Positions 18,714 to 29,275 are shown, counted from the stretch's first letter. The stretch is 64,000 bases of DNA from an uncultured Bacteroidales bacterium (GCA_963743775.1 CAVURA010000008.1:517152-581151); one strand, 5' to 3'. Program-made: numbers and translations. The notes: generated by a model from the sequence alone, not told the origin.

Positions 18714-19337
18714 TCATCCCTGGGACGGGAGTGAGAAAAGCCGGCGGTTGACGATCGACTGACCAAGGGTGATCTCATCGGTGTATTCGAGTACATCTCC
18801 TATCGCCACACCCCTGGCCAATGTGGAAATACGAATATTGTATTGCGAGAGTCGTTTAAAAATGTAGAAGTTGGTGGTGTCGCCTTCCATGGTGGTGCTG
18901 AGAGCAAGAATTATCTCCGTGGCATATCCTTCACGCACTTTTTCCTCCAGCCTGTTAATAGTGAGGTCGGAGGGCCCGATACCGTCTATGGGTGATATGA
19001 TACCGCCAAGGACATGATACAGCCCCTTGAATTGTCTTGTATTCTCGACAGCCATCACATCCTGCACGTTCTCCACAACGCATATCAGTGACCTGTCTCT
19101 CTCAGGATCACTGCATATATCACAGACCGGGGTGTCGCTTATGCCATGGCAGATGCTGCAGTAACATACATCCTCCCGCAGCCGCGTGATGGTCTCACCA
19201 AACCGTCTCACCTCAGCCCTGTCACGCCTTAGCAGGTGCATGACCAGCCTGAAGGCAGTCTTGCGGCCTATGCCCGGAAGGGAAGAAAACTCATCCACCG
19301 CTTCCTCAAGGAGTTTTGAGGTAAATTTTGTTGGCAT
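18714..19337 (-). CDS. recR: Recombination protein RecR
   Basis: [31 protein letters not shown] (HhH), a C4 zinc finger [16 protein letters not shown], and a Toprim segment. I chose the start at the ATG at 19337. A TAnnTTTG box lies 16 nt upstream of it and would fall inside the longer track ORF. Confidence 0.9.
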   Translation of the reverse strand: MPTKFTSKLLEEAVDEFSSLPGIGRKTAFRLVMHLLRRDRAEVRRFGETITRLREDVCYCSICHGISDTPVCDICSDPERDRSLICVVENVQDVMAVENTRQFKGLYHVLGGIISPIDGIGPSDLTINRLEEKVREGYATEIILALSTTMEGDTTNFYIFKRLSQYNIRISTLARGVAIGDVLEYTDEITLGQSIVNRRLFSLPSQG

Positions 19338-19352
19338 ACAAATGCTTTGAGG

Positions 19353-19360
19353 CAAAAATA
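19353..19360 (-). promoter_or_regulatory. Candidate Bacteroidota -7 promoter box (TAnnTTTG) for recR
   Basis: The plus strand reads caaaaata, which is TATTTTTG on the minus strand, 16 nt upstream of the recR ATG. Confidence 0.35.
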
Positions 19361-19445
19361 GTTCAATTATTTCCCGGAATCCTGACAGGGGTATAATTTT
19401 TATCTGCAATCTTTTTATTATCCTTGCATTCATGTTTTCCGGGAA

Positions 19446-20915
19446 ATGACACCAGCACTCATACTATCTATTTTTCTCGTCTATACCGCTGTGCTTTTTG
19501 CAGTGACATGGGTCACAGCACGCAAGGCAAACAACCAGTCATTCTATATCGGAAACAAGGTCTCTCCCTGGTACGTGGTAGCTTACGGAATGATAGGCGC
19601 TTCGCTGTCCGGCGTGACCTTCATGTCTGTCCCGGGCTGGGTGGGGGAGACACAGTTCAGTTATATGATGGTTGTCTTCGGATATTTCTTCGGGTATGCG
19701 GTGATTGCCCTTGTTCTCCTGCCGCTCTACTACAGGCTTAAGCTGACCTCCATCTACAGCTACCTCGAGCAGCGTTTCGGTTTCTGGTCATACAAGACCG
19801 GGGCAGGCTTCTTCATTCTGTCAAGGGTGCTCGGAGCCTCCCTGCGAATGTTCCTGGTAATATACGTGCTGCAGATATTCGTCTTTGATGCATGGAATGT
19901 CCCCTTCTGGGTCAATGTGTTGATCTTCATTATCCTCATAATACTGTATACCCTGAAGGGAGGCATCAGGACCATAATATGGACTGACACTCTTCAGACA
20001 ACATTCATGCTCCTTGCCGTAATTCTTTCAGTGGTCTATATCAGCAGGGAACTTGGAGCGCCGATCTTCAAACTGGCACGTGAGGTAAGTGACAGTGACA
20101 TTTCACGAATGATCATCACCGACTGGCACCATCCGCGGTTCTTCATCAAACAGTTCTTCAGCGGCATGTTCATTACAATAACCATGACCGGGCTCGACCA
20201 GGAGATGATGCAGAAGAACCTCAGCATCCGCAATCTGAAGGACGCTCAGAAGAACATGTTTACATTCAGCACCATAAACGTATTTGTTGTATTTCTCTTC
20301 CTTATACTCGGTGCTTTTCTTCTGCTCTTTGCACGGCAGAAAGGTGTATCCGTTGCAATGTCCGATGATCTCTTTCCCACAATAGCCCTCAACTACCTGG
20401 GCCCTGCTGCAGGCGTTATATTTCTTGTCGGACTCATTTCGGCGGCTTTTCCCAGTGCCGACGGCGCTCTTACATCGCTCACAACTTCCTTCAGCATAGA
20501 TTTCCTCGGACTGGAGAAAAGGAAAGACATTGACGATAATAAGAAAACCAGGATAAGGTACATTGTACATTTATCATTTGCAGTAATATTCTTCATCTGC
20601 ATACTCGTTTTCAGACAGATGAATGACAGGGCTATAATAGACAAACTCTTTACTATAGCGGGTTATACATACGGACCGCTATTGGGGCTGTTTACGTTTG
20701 GTCTGTTTACCAGCAGGAAAGTTAATGACAGGCTGACGCCGTGGATTGCTATCTCATCACCCGTTGTCTGTTATGTCCTGAACCTCTACTCAGAGCAGCT
20801 GTTCAACGGTTATAAATTCGGATTTGAGATGCTGCTTGTAAATGGATTTCTGACATTCATGGGACTGCTGCTCTTCAGCAGGAAAAATGATCTAACGCCG
20901 TCCTCCGGAAAATGA
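19446..20915 (+). CDS. Sodium:solute symporter (SSF) family transporter
   Basis: 489 aa and strongly hydrophobic, with about 12-13 predicted TM segments. The N-terminal pattern [31 protein letters not shown] is typical of SSF. Confidence 0.8.
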   Translation: MTPALILSIFLVYTAVLFAVTWVTARKANNQSFYIGNKVSPWYVVAYGMIGASLSGVTFMSVPGWVGETQFSYMMVVFGYFFGYAVIALVLLPLYYRLKLTSIYSYLEQRFGFWSYKTGAGFFILSRVLGASLRMFLVIYVLQIFVFDAWNVPFWVNVLIFIILIILYTLKGGIRTIIWTDTLQTTFMLLAVILSVVYISRELGAPIFKLAREVSDSDISRMIITDWHHPRFFIKQFFSGMFITITMTGLDQEMMQKNLSIRNLKDAQKNMFTFSTINVFVVFLFLILGAFLLLFARQKGVSVAMSDDLFPTIALNYLGPAAGVIFLVGLISAAFPSADGALTSLTTSFSIDFLGLEKRKDIDDNKKTRIRYIVHLSFAVIFFICILVFRQMNDRAIIDKLFTIAGYTYGPLLGLFTFGLFTSRKVNDRLTPWIAISSPVVCYVLNLYSEQLFNGYKFGFEMLLVNGFLTFMGLLLFSRKNDLTPSSGK

Positions 20916-21671
20916 TCCTGTGCCGGTTGCAGTGTTCGTTGTTTCCGAGCCCTCTGTACCCGTATCTCCTTCTTCATCCTCTTCTTCCTCACGTTTAGGC
21001 TTGATGATCACCTTTATTTTCTTGTAGGGGATTGAAAAAGATATATAGTACTCAGCTCCCGTTCTCATGCCCTTGGTGGCATCGCCGTAACCCGGCATCC
21101 ACATTGGTTTGAGGTCCTCGCCTGCGCCTGCGCTTATCAGCAGCCTCATATAGACATTCCATCCCATGGTGACACCTTTAAACAGCTCGGTCCGCACTCC
21201 CGGTGTGATCTCAAGAAAATGTCCCGTATAGCTGGCAAGAGGCATCGATGATTCGCCTTCTCCCCATGCATTTGTGTATTTAATGCCCGACGCTTCCTGG
21301 CTGTAAAAGCTGAGCCCGTACCTGAGGCCGATGCCGGCATAGTATTTGCCCCGTGCTGTTTTAGGCTTCATGAAGTTGTAGCCTGCGCCAATGACAAGGC
21401 TGGTACCCTGGCTGCTGTAATCGTAGTTGTACTCTACCGATGAAAATGAGGTGTACCTTAATCCCGCATCCAGGGAGAGGGCCTGATTTAGATCCAGGGA
21501 AGCAAGCACTCCGTAACTGCGTATGTCATTGTTCAATAAATGTAATATTGGTCCTGAGATATCAAATCCTGCCCGGATATGCAACGGAACCGTTACGGTG
21601 TCCTGTGACACCGCCCTGCTGCCAATAAGGAGAAAGAGACTAATAAAACAGATGCAGGTTCGTTTTGCCAT
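20892..21671 (-). CDS. Putative outer-membrane beta-barrel protein with an acidic/Thr-Gly-rich C-terminal tail
   Basis: 259 aa with a signal peptide (CICFISLFLLIGSRAVSQ). It has alternating hydrophobic beta-strand patterning and many aromatic-Gly turns. The tail is KPKREEEEDEEGDTGTEGSETTNTATGTG. I can assign no confident family. Confidence 0.5.
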   Translation of the reverse strand: MAKRTCICFISLFLLIGSRAVSQDTVTVPLHIRAGFDISGPILHLLNNDIRSYGVLASLDLNQALSLDAGLRYTSFSSVEYNYDYSSQGTSLVIGAGYNFMKPKTARGKYYAGIGLRYGLSFYSQEASGIKYTNAWGEGESSMPLASYTGHFLEITPGVRTELFKGVTMGWNVYMRLLISAGAGEDLKPMWMPGYGDATKGMRTGAEYYISFSIPYKKIKVIIKPKREEEEDEEGDTGTEGSETTNTATGTGSFSGGRR

Positions 21672-22107
21672 TCAGGTTCACGCTTTTGTTCTCAATAATG
21701 AGTGTGTCAATGATATTGTGTGTGGTACTGAGGTCTGTCAGCTCGCTCACGATTGTATATCCGCATTCATCAGAGACAAGGTGTGGATGACGGGTGTAAT
21801 TCATTACCGCAGTGTCTGTAATCCCGTCAAGAACGATATAAAATGTCGAGACGTCATTGCCGGGATCAAGAGGCAGGGAAAAGGATGAAACGGTCTTTGC
21901 ATTCACAAATTCAATTGTGTCAGTGGCAGTGATACCGGTTATAACTATACTGGTGGCCTTGACTGACACGCCCGTGCCGCTTTCAAGCAGCAGGGAGTTC
22001 ATCATCGGGTCCGTATTATCATAACATGCCTGCTCCCCGCATGATTCCAGAAGCAGAACCAGCGTCATAATCGCGCTGACAACAGATATGGACCTTACCC
22101 CTTTCAT
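21640..22107 (-). CDS. Hypothetical lipoprotein
   Basis: 155 aa with a lipobox-like LLLESC. It lies immediately downstream of alaS and overlaps the next gene by 32 nt. No recognisable catalytic motif. Confidence 0.5.
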   Translation of the reverse strand: MKGVRSISVVSAIMTLVLLLESCGEQACYDNTDPMMNSLLLESGTGVSVKATSIVITGITATDTIEFVNAKTVSSFSLPLDPGNDVSTFYIVLDGITDTAVMNYTRHPHLVSDECGYTIVSELTDLSTTHNIIDTLIIENKSVNLNGKTNLHLFY

Positions 22108-22116
22108 ACAGCTGCC

Positions 22117-24753
22117 TTAAAAAGCTCTCTTTACAAGTGAAACGGCCTTTTCGACGGCTTCGCTGAGGCCCTCCGGTCTTTTACCCCCGGCTGTCGCAAG
22201 GAAAGGTTGTCCTCCTCCTCCTCCGTTGATAAAGACTGACACGGACCTGATGATCTCAACCGCACTCAGGTCCGAAATCCTGATGATCTCTTCCCCCAGA
22301 CTGACCAGCAGCGATGCCTTGCCTTCGTTAGAAGATCCGATAATCACTGCACTGTTGCTGTCAGCCTGCCTGATCTGGTGGGCAATATTTTTAAGTGTTT
22401 CTGCCGGCATCTCTTCCAGAACACCTGAATAAATCTTACAGCTGCCCGCCGCAACTGCTTTGTTTTCAAGCTCAATGCGTGCAGCAGTGGCTGCAGTAAT
22501 CTGCATCCTTTCAATTGTATGTCTCAGTGAGCTGTTTTCTGTCATCAGTTTCGAGACATTGGAGGCGGGGTTCCCCGTGCTCCTCAGCATAATTGTAATC
22601 TCGTCTAGGGTTTTTAATTTCTCATTTACATATGACAGTGCCTGACGTCCTGTTACAGCTTCAATCCGTCTCACCCCGGCTGCCACGGCACCTTCTGAAA
22701 TGATCTTGAATAGGCCTATTACGGAGGTATTACTGACATGTGTGCCACCGCAGAGCTCCACTGAATCGCCGAATGTCACTACCCTGACCCTGTCACCGTA
22801 TTTTTCTCCGAAGAGGGCCATTGCCCCCATGGCCAGAGCCTCCTCCATCGGTGTGTCATCGTGCACTTCAGAGACAATGTTCTTCATGATCATTTCGTTG
22901 ACTTTCTGCTCCGCGGCTGCGATCTCCTCAGCGGTCACCTGCCTGAAGTGGCTGAAATCAAACCTTAGCTTCTCTGGTGTGACAAGAGATCCTTTTTGCT
23001 CAACATGCTTTCCAAGTACCTCTCGCAGTGCATGATGCATAAGATGAGTTGCCGTATGGTTATTAGCCGTCTGTTGTCTGGCTTTACCGTCGACAATGGC
23101 TGTAAATGGCTGCGATGGGTCTGATGGAACTCTTGCCGCCAGATGGATGACGAGGTTGTTTTCCTTTATTGTATCACTTATTATGATCTTTTCATTTCCT
23201 GCGGAGATAAACCCCTTATCTCCTGCCTGACCGCCGGACTCGGCATAAAAAGGTGTCCTGTCAAAAACAAGATGAACCAGTTCCGTTCCCCTGGCATTGA
23301 CTTTCCGGTACCTGGCGATGTGCACTGTATCTTCAGTGCGGTCATAACCAGTAAATACTGTTTTATCCACATCGGTAATCACAACCCAGTCCCCTGCCGT
23401 GACTGCAGCATCATCTCTTGACCTGCCTTTCTGGGCATTCAGTTCATTAGTGAACGCTTTCTCATCCAGGGTCATTTTGTTCTCCTTCAGTATAAGCTGT
23501 GTCAGGTCGACAGGAAAGCCGTAGGTGTCAAAGAGTTCGAATGCCTCCTTTCCGGGAAAAACACTCTGGCCTTCCTTTTTGAGTACTTCAACCCTGCGCT
23601 CGATCATCTTCAGTCCTTTACCGAGCGTTTTCAGGAATGCCTGTTCCTCTTCGAAGATGACCTTTGTAATAATCTCCTTCTGGGATGGCAGTTCCGGATA
23701 ATGTTTGCCCATTGACGTGATTAGAGCCGGGATCAGCTTGTAAATGAACGGTTCGGTCATCCCAAGGGAGGTATACCCGTATCTTACGGCCCGGCGCAGT
23801 ATTCTCCGGATAACATATCCGGCCTTGTTATTTGACGGCAGTTGACCATCTGCGATCGAAAAGGCCACTGTGCGCAGATGATCGGCTATGACTCGGTGAG
23901 CTATGTCCCAGGCTTCTTTTTCGCCGTATGGTTTATCAGTTACGGCCGCTGTGCTTGCAATCAGCGGCTGGAAGATATCAGTGTCGTAGTTCGATTTCCT
24001 GCCCTGTATCACCATGCAGAGCCGTTCGAACCCCATGCCCGTGTCGACGTGACGTTCCGGCAGCAACTCAAGTTCACCGCCAGCCTTGCGGTTATACTGG
24101 ATGAACACCAGGTTCCATATCTCTATTACATGAGGATGTCCTGTATTGACCAGCAGGTGACCAGGCTTTACGGACCGCTCGCTGTCAGATCTTATGTCGA
24201 TGTGTATCTCGGAGCAGGGGCCGCACGGACCTGTCTCACCCATCTCCCAGAAGTTGTCCTTCTTTGAGCCTTCAATAATACGGTTTTCAGGTTTTGAGAA
24301 ACATTTCATCCACTGTCCGGCAGCTTCATCATCGCGGGGCACATTTTCCTCAGGACTGCCCTCAAAGATCGTGGTGTAAATCCTGTCCTCGGGGATATGC
24401 AGACAGCCTGTAAGAAACTCCCAGGCCCAATCTATCGCTTCCTTCTTGAAGTAATCACCGAATGACCAGTTGCCCAGCATCTCGAACATGGTATGGTGAT
24501 ATGTATCAAGACCTACCTCCTCAAGATCATTATGCTTGCCGGACACACGCAGGCACTTCTGCGAATTAGCCACCCTTTTGTACTGCGCCGGCTGATTTCC
24601 AAGGAAGATATCCTTGAACTGGTTCATACCTGCATTGGTAAACATTAGCGTCGGGTCATTCTTGATCACCATCGGCGCCGAGGGTACGATTTTATGCTGT
24701 TTTGAACTGAAAAAATTCAGAAATTCCTCTCTGATCTCGGTGGCCTTCATCAT
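22117..24753 (-). CDS. alaS: Alanine--tRNA ligase
   Basis: 878 aa. Motifs: FTNAGMNQFK, the class II core, HTATHLMHHALREVLG, ELCGGTHV, and a C-terminal DHHA1-like GGGGGQPFLATAGG. Confidence 0.95.
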   Translation of the reverse strand: MMKATEIREEFLNFFSSKQHKIVPSAPMVIKNDPTLMFTNAGMNQFKDIFLGNQPAQYKRVANSQKCLRVSGKHNDLEEVGLDTYHHTMFEMLGNWSFGDYFKKEAIDWAWEFLTGCLHIPEDRIYTTIFEGSPEENVPRDDEAAGQWMKCFSKPENRIIEGSKKDNFWEMGETGPCGPCSEIHIDIRSDSERSVKPGHLLVNTGHPHVIEIWNLVFIQYNRKAGGELELLPERHVDTGMGFERLCMVIQGRKSNYDTDIFQPLIASTAAVTDKPYGEKEAWDIAHRVIADHLRTVAFSIADGQLPSNNKAGYVIRRILRRAVRYGYTSLGMTEPFIYKLIPALITSMGKHYPELPSQKEIITKVIFEEEQAFLKTLGKGLKMIERRVEVLKKEGQSVFPGKEAFELFDTYGFPVDLTQLILKENKMTLDEKAFTNELNAQKGRSRDDAAVTAGDWVVITDVDKTVFTGYDRTEDTVHIARYRKVNARGTELVHLVFDRTPFYAESGGQAGDKGFISAGNEKIIISDTIKENNLVIHLAARVPSDPSQPFTAIVDGKARQQTANNHTATHLMHHALREVLGKHVEQKGSLVTPEKLRFDFSHFRQVTAEEIAAAEQKVNEMIMKNIVSEVHDDTPMEEALAMGAMALFGEKYGDRVRVVTFGDSVELCGGTHVSNTSVIGLFKIISEGAVAAGVRRIEAVTGRQALSYVNEKLKTLDEITIMLRSTGNPASNVSKLMTENSSLRHTIERMQITAATAARIELENKAVAAGSCKIYSGVLEEMPAETLKNIAHQIRQADSNSAVIIGSSNEGKASLLVSLGEEIIRISDLSAVEIIRSVSVFINGGGGGQPFLATAGGKRPEGLSEAVEKAVSLVKRAF

Positions 24754-24814
24754 AACTCCTCACACAGTGTTAATTTCAATTAATTCCGGGCTGGTAAAAT
24801 TAATTCAAATATTC

Positions 24815-24822
24815 TACGTTTG
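24815..24822 (+). promoter_or_regulatory. Candidate -7 promoter box (TAnnTTTG) for the first M23 peptidase gene
   Basis: TACGTTTG lies 42 nt upstream of the start at 24864, in the divergent alaS/M23 intergenic region. Confidence 0.3.
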
Positions 24823-24863
24823 TTTAATGTCAATGGAAATAGTCTGAACTTTCTGTTATACTG

Positions 24864-25820
24864 ATGCTCAAGAGAAATAAATACATTTTTGATACATCTG
24901 ACCTTCGTTTTCTTCAGCATAAACGCAAGCTGGGTGAGAAACTCATTCGATTCTCGTTGTTTTTTGGGATATCAATCTTATTAACAGTTTGTTACAGTTT
25001 TATTTTCCATCGTCTCGTTGGATATCCGAGCCAGGAGAAACTGAAACAGAAAGTGGAAGAGATAAAACTGGATTACTCCCTCCTTGAACGGAAAATTGAT
25101 TATTCTTCAGCAGTCATTGCAGATATACGTTCCTCGGATAATTATACTTACCGTTCCATTCTTGACCTTCAGGAGATCCCTTCTGATATATCTGAAGGAG
25201 GAGCCGGGGGTACTTCCAGGTTTAGTGATCTGACGGGCTACGTCAATTCAGATATGATGATAGCCGTACGTTCAAAGTTTGAAAATCTCAGGACCGAGAC
25301 AAATATCCAATACAACTCACTTACCAGCCTCACCGAAGCTGCTGATGAATGGAAGGATATGTGGGCTCATTTGCCATATATCAGGCCTGTCAATGTCACA
25401 ATGAGACTTGGAGACGGGATGAAATTCAGGGAGCGCCACCCGGTACTGGGATCGCCCCGCTGGCATTTCGGCCAGGATTTCTGCTGCCCCATAGGAACGG
25501 AAGTGTATGCAACCGGTGCCGGAACCGTATATTATGCCGGCAACCAGAATGACGGTTACGGAATAAAAGTTGTGATTGACCATGGCTATGGTTATAGATC
25601 CATTTACGGTCATCTGAGCCAGGTTACTGTCAAGAGGGGACAGAAGGTCAAACGTGGTGACTTCATCGGGCTGTCTGGCACCACCGGTATCTCGTCAGGT
25701 CCGCACCTTCATTACCAGATCGAACTGTACGGCTCGCATGTGAATCCGCTCTTGTATTTTGAAGACAATCTCACGGAAAACGAGTATTTCGAAATGCTTG
25801 ATTACCTTACCAAAAGGTAA
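24864..25820 (+). CDS. M23 family metallopeptidase (membrane-anchored)
   Basis: 318 aa with an N-terminal TM segment, a coiled segment, and the motifs HFGQDF and GPHLHYQI. Confidence 0.85.
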   Translation: MLKRNKYIFDTSDLRFLQHKRKLGEKLIRFSLFFGISILLTVCYSFIFHRLVGYPSQEKLKQKVEEIKLDYSLLERKIDYSSAVIADIRSSDNYTYRSILDLQEIPSDISEGGAGGTSRFSDLTGYVNSDMMIAVRSKFENLRTETNIQYNSLTSLTEAADEWKDMWAHLPYIRPVNVTMRLGDGMKFRERHPVLGSPRWHFGQDFCCPIGTEVYATGAGTVYYAGNQNDGYGIKVVIDHGYGYRSIYGHLSQVTVKRGQKVKRGDFIGLSGTTGISSGPHLHYQIELYGSHVNPLLYFEDNLTENEYFEMLDYLTKR

Positions 25821-25883
25821 GAACCGGTAAAAATCCCTGTATTTCTTAGCTGAAAGTATTTTTGTATTTTGTCTATTATTTCT

Positions 25884-25891
25884 TATGTTTG
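25884..25891 (+). promoter_or_regulatory. Candidate -7 promoter box (TAnnTTTG) for the second M23 peptidase gene
   Basis: TATGTTTG lies 29 nt upstream of the ATG at 25920. A second match, TATTTTTG, is at 25857-25864. Confidence 0.35.
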
Positions 25892-25919
25892 CATGGCACT
25901 TAGTTTGCCTGCACAGCGG

Positions 25920-26891
25920 ATGCCAAAGACAAAGTATAAGTTTAACCACGAGACACTCAGCTTCGATAAAATGAGGCTGGGTATCAGGCAGCTTCTCCTG
26001 CGTCTCTTCGGTTATTTCATTGGCTCACTTTTTCTGGCAGGTCTTTACGGTTTCATCTTCGCCTTTGTCTTTGATTCACCCAAGGAGAAGACCCTCAAGC
26101 GTGAGATCGAACAGCTTACTCTTCAGTATGAGCTGATGAACAGGGAGATGGATAACGTTGAAAAGGTGCTCGGCCATCTCCAGGAGACTGATGACAACCT
26201 TTACCGGACTATTTTCGAAGCTGAACCCGTGCCATCATCATTTCGTGTGGGGGGTATCGGAGGGGTAAACCGTTATGAGGAGCTTCAGGGATTTACGAAT
26301 TCCCAGCTTATTGTTGAAACAGCCACAAGACTTGACAGGATCAGGAAGCAGATATATGTCCAGTCGCAGTCTTTTGATGAGCTGATTGCCTATGCAAAGG
26401 AGAAGGAGGAGATGCTGAGCAGCATACCGGCCATACAGCCCATCTCAAATGAAGACCTGAAACGTACTGCCGGAGGTTACGGATACAGGATACATCCCAT
26501 ATACAAGATCTCAAAGTTCCATGCCGGAATGGACTTCACCTCGCCAACCGGCACGGAGGTTTACGCCACCGGTAATGGCGTTGTCAGTACTGTCAAATCG
26601 GCCCGCCGGGAACTTGGGAATCATATCATCATTAACCACGGTTTCGGGTATGAGACCGTCTATGCTCACCTTGACCGCTTTAATGTAAAGGAAGGACAGA
26701 AGGTCAAGCGTGGCGATATCATCGGTTATGTAGGCAGTACAGGCCTCTCAACTGCGCCACACCTGCATTATGAGGTTAAAGTCAACGGCAATAACGTGGA
26801 CCCGGCACTCTATTTCTTCAATGATCTCACCCCTGGTGAATATGACCGCATGCTGGAGATCTCAAGCAAGAGCGGACAGTCGTTCGACTGA
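25920..26891 (+). CDS. M23 family metallopeptidase (paralog of the upstream gene)
   Basis: Same layout as the upstream gene: a TM segment, a coiled segment, HAGMDF, and APHLHYEV. I prefer the ATG at 25920 (MPKTKYKF...) to the TTG at 25869, because the -7 box lies between them. Confidence 0.85.
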   Translation: MPKTKYKFNHETLSFDKMRLGIRQLLLRLFGYFIGSLFLAGLYGFIFAFVFDSPKEKTLKREIEQLTLQYELMNREMDNVEKVLGHLQETDDNLYRTIFEAEPVPSSFRVGGIGGVNRYEELQGFTNSQLIVETATRLDRIRKQIYVQSQSFDELIAYAKEKEEMLSSIPAIQPISNEDLKRTAGGYGYRIHPIYKISKFHAGMDFTSPTGTEVYATGNGVVSTVKSARRELGNHIIINHGFGYETVYAHLDRFNVKEGQKVKRGDIIGYVGSTGLSTAPHLHYEVKVNGNNVDPALYFFNDLTPGEYDRMLEISSKSGQSFD

Positions 26892-26907
26892 TTAAGCACA
26901 GGAGTCT

Positions 26908-27246
26908 ATGCCATACAGGGAAAAAAAAGTTGACAAACTGTTTTATCAGATCGGAGAAGTGGCCGAAATGTTCTCTGAGCCTGTCTCTACAATCCGTTTC
27001 TGGGAGAAAGAGTTTGATGTGCTTAAGCCAAAAAAAAACAATAAGGGGAACAGGCTGTTCCTGGAAGAGGATTTAAAAAATCTGAGGCTGATTTACCATC
27101 TGCTGAGGGAAAGGGGCATGACCATTGAAGGTGCCAGGAAATATCTGAAGAACAACCGTGAAGATACCGATTATCGCCTCGAGATCGCTGACACGCTTCG
27201 CAACATAAGGGATATCCTCACCGGTATCAAAGACGAAATAAACTGA
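26908..27246 (+). CDS. MerR family transcriptional regulator
   Basis: 112 aa. The HTH is YQIGEVAEMFSEPVSTIRFWEKEF, followed by a coiled C-terminus. Confidence 0.8.
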   Translation: MPYREKKVDKLFYQIGEVAEMFSEPVSTIRFWEKEFDVLKPKKNNKGNRLFLEEDLKNLRLIYHLLRERGMTIEGARKYLKNNREDTDYRLEIADTLRNIRDILTGIKDEIN

Positions 27247-27250
27247 CAGT

Positions 27251-28352
27251 ATGGCGGCTACGCTGGGAGAATTCACTCACTGGCTTGAAGAACTTATTCC
27301 TCCTGCCTTTCAGGAACATTATGACAACAGCGGGCTGCAGGTCGGAGACCCGGAAGCTTTGACCGATTCTGTATTGCTTACTGTGGATGTCACCACTGAT
27401 GTAATTGCTGAGGCCAGGCAACACGGTTGCAACCTTATCATCTCTCATCATCCCCTCATCTTTACCCCGCTGAAACGTATTGCCGGCGGCAGTGAGACCG
27501 AGCGCTGTGTTGCTTCCGCTGTCAGAGCGGGCATTTCCATCTATTCAGCTCATACTAGCTTTGATAACGTTTCATGGGGTGTAAGTCATATACTCGCCGA
27601 AAAGATCGGACTGACGAAGATCAGGGTACTTGCTCCGCTGAAAGGCAAACTTTTGAAGATTATAACCTTTGTTCCCGTTTCCCATGCAGGCAGGGTCAGG
27701 GAGGCGCTCTTCGCTGCCGGTGCAGGTCATATTGGCAATTATGACCGCTGCAGCTTCAGCGTTTCAGGCGATGGGACGTACAGGGCAGGGGATGGAGCCA
27801 ATCCTTTTGCCGGACGGGTGGGAGAGGATCATTCCGAGCCGGAGATCAGGATGGAAGCTGTCGTGCCATCACATCTTTCCACCGCCTGCGTCAGGGCTCT
27901 TCTTGCGGCTCATCCTTATGAGGAGGCTGGCTTATGATATCATCGCCCTTGAAAATGAGTATCACGGCGCCGGCGCGGGCGCCATCGGCACTCTGCCCGT
28001 CGCGCTCACCGTGAACGCTCTGCTTGAGAGACTGAAGGAGCTTACCGGCATACCTGTAATACGTTACAGCGGCGACACCGCCCGCACTGTCAAAACCATT
28101 GCCGTGTGCGGAGGTTCAGGCTCCGACCTTATCAATGCTGCCGCCCGCGCCGGCGCCGATGCATTTGTCACCGGCGATATCAAATACCACGCTTTCATGC
28201 AGGCACCCGGTGACATGATCGTGGCCGATATCGGACACTATGAGAGTGAAAAATTTTCTTTAGAGCTCCTCTACGACCTGATTAACAAAAAATTTCCTAA
28301 ATTTGCACTCCGGTTTTCCGGGATAAAAACCAATCCGATTAATTATTATTAA
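27251..28352 (+). pseudogene. Nif3-like dinuclear metal centre protein (YqfO/GTP cyclohydrolase 1 type 2 family), split by one frame break near 27926-27929
   Basis: ORFs 27251-27937 and 27669-28352 join as ...AHPYEE-x-AYDIIALENEY... The motifs LIISHHPLIF and DIGHYESE are present, as is the PII-like insert typical of long Nif3. One extra nucleotide in gag-gag-GCTG-gct explains the split. Confidence 0.8.
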
Positions 28353-28449
28353 GGATGAAACCCGCATGTAAAACAGCACAAACATTTGTGAAGACTGTGT
28401 CTGACCATGTGAGTTCCAGCAGACGATTGAAAATTAAATAAATAAACTG

Positions 28450-29211
28450 ATGAAACAGACCAAAACCGCTGAACCTGAACTTACTATAGAAGAAAAACTC
28501 AGAGCACTCTTTTCATTGCAACTTGTTGATTCGGAGATCGACAAAATACGCACGCTCAGGGGCGAACTTCCTCTCGAGGTGCAGGACCTTGAGGATGAAG
28601 TGGAGGGGCTGGAGACAAGGATAAACAACCTTAAAAGTGAGGTCGCCGAACTTGAGAAATCAATCGTAAGCAAGACCAACGAGATTACAACTTCGCAGGG
28701 ACTCATCAAAAAATACGAGGAACAGCAGAATAATGTCCGTAATAACCGCGAATATGATTCTCTCTCCAAGGAAGTAGAGTTTCAGACACTTGAGATAGAG
28801 CTGTGCAATAAAAAGATTCGTGAGTTCACAGTACAGGTGGGAGAGAAAAAAGAGGTTATGGCCGAGGCTCAGGCAGCTCTCGATGAGAGAAAGCGCGACC
28901 TGGACGGTAAGAAAGGTGAGCTCGATGATATCACACGTGACACCCAGAAGGAAGAGGAGCAGCTGGATGAAAGATCGAAAGTACTGCAGACAAAAATTGA
29001 GGAGAGGCTGTTGACCGCCTACAAGCGTATACGCACCAATGCCCGTAACGGCCTCGCAGTCGTTTCTGTACAGAGGGATGCATGCGGAGGTTGTTTCAAC
29101 CAGATACCCCCCCAGAGGCAGCTTGACATCAGATCGAGGAAAAAAATCATCGTCTGCGAATATTGCGGACGTATCCTAGTCGACGACGAAATCGTCAACG
29201 AGAAAGCGTAA
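28450..29211 (+). CDS. Coiled-coil protein with a C-terminal C4 zinc ribbon (COG1579-type, the usual Nif3 neighbour)
   Basis: 253 aa with a long heptad-rich region, then CGGCFNQIPPQ...VCEYCGRILV. Confidence 0.7.
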   Translation: MKQTKTAEPELTIEEKLRALFSLQLVDSEIDKIRTLRGELPLEVQDLEDEVEGLETRINNLKSEVAELEKSIVSKTNEITTSQGLIKKYEEQQNNVRNNREYDSLSKEVEFQTLEIELCNKKIREFTVQVGEKKEVMAEAQAALDERKRDLDGKKGELDDITRDTQKEEEQLDERSKVLQTKIEERLLTAYKRIRTNARNGLAVVSVQRDACGGCFNQIPPQRQLDIRSRKKIIVCEYCGRILVDDEIVNEKA

Positions 29212-29234
29212 CGGGTTACATTGTATTTTATATG

Positions 29235-29275
29235 AGGGGCTGTCTCAAAAGCTGAAGACAGCCTCTTTTTATTTG
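29235..29275 (+). terminator. Rho-independent terminator
   Basis: GGCTGTCT (29238-29245), a 10-nt loop, AGACAGCC (29256-29263), then TCTTTTTATTT. It lies 24 nt after the stop at 29211. Confidence 0.6.
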
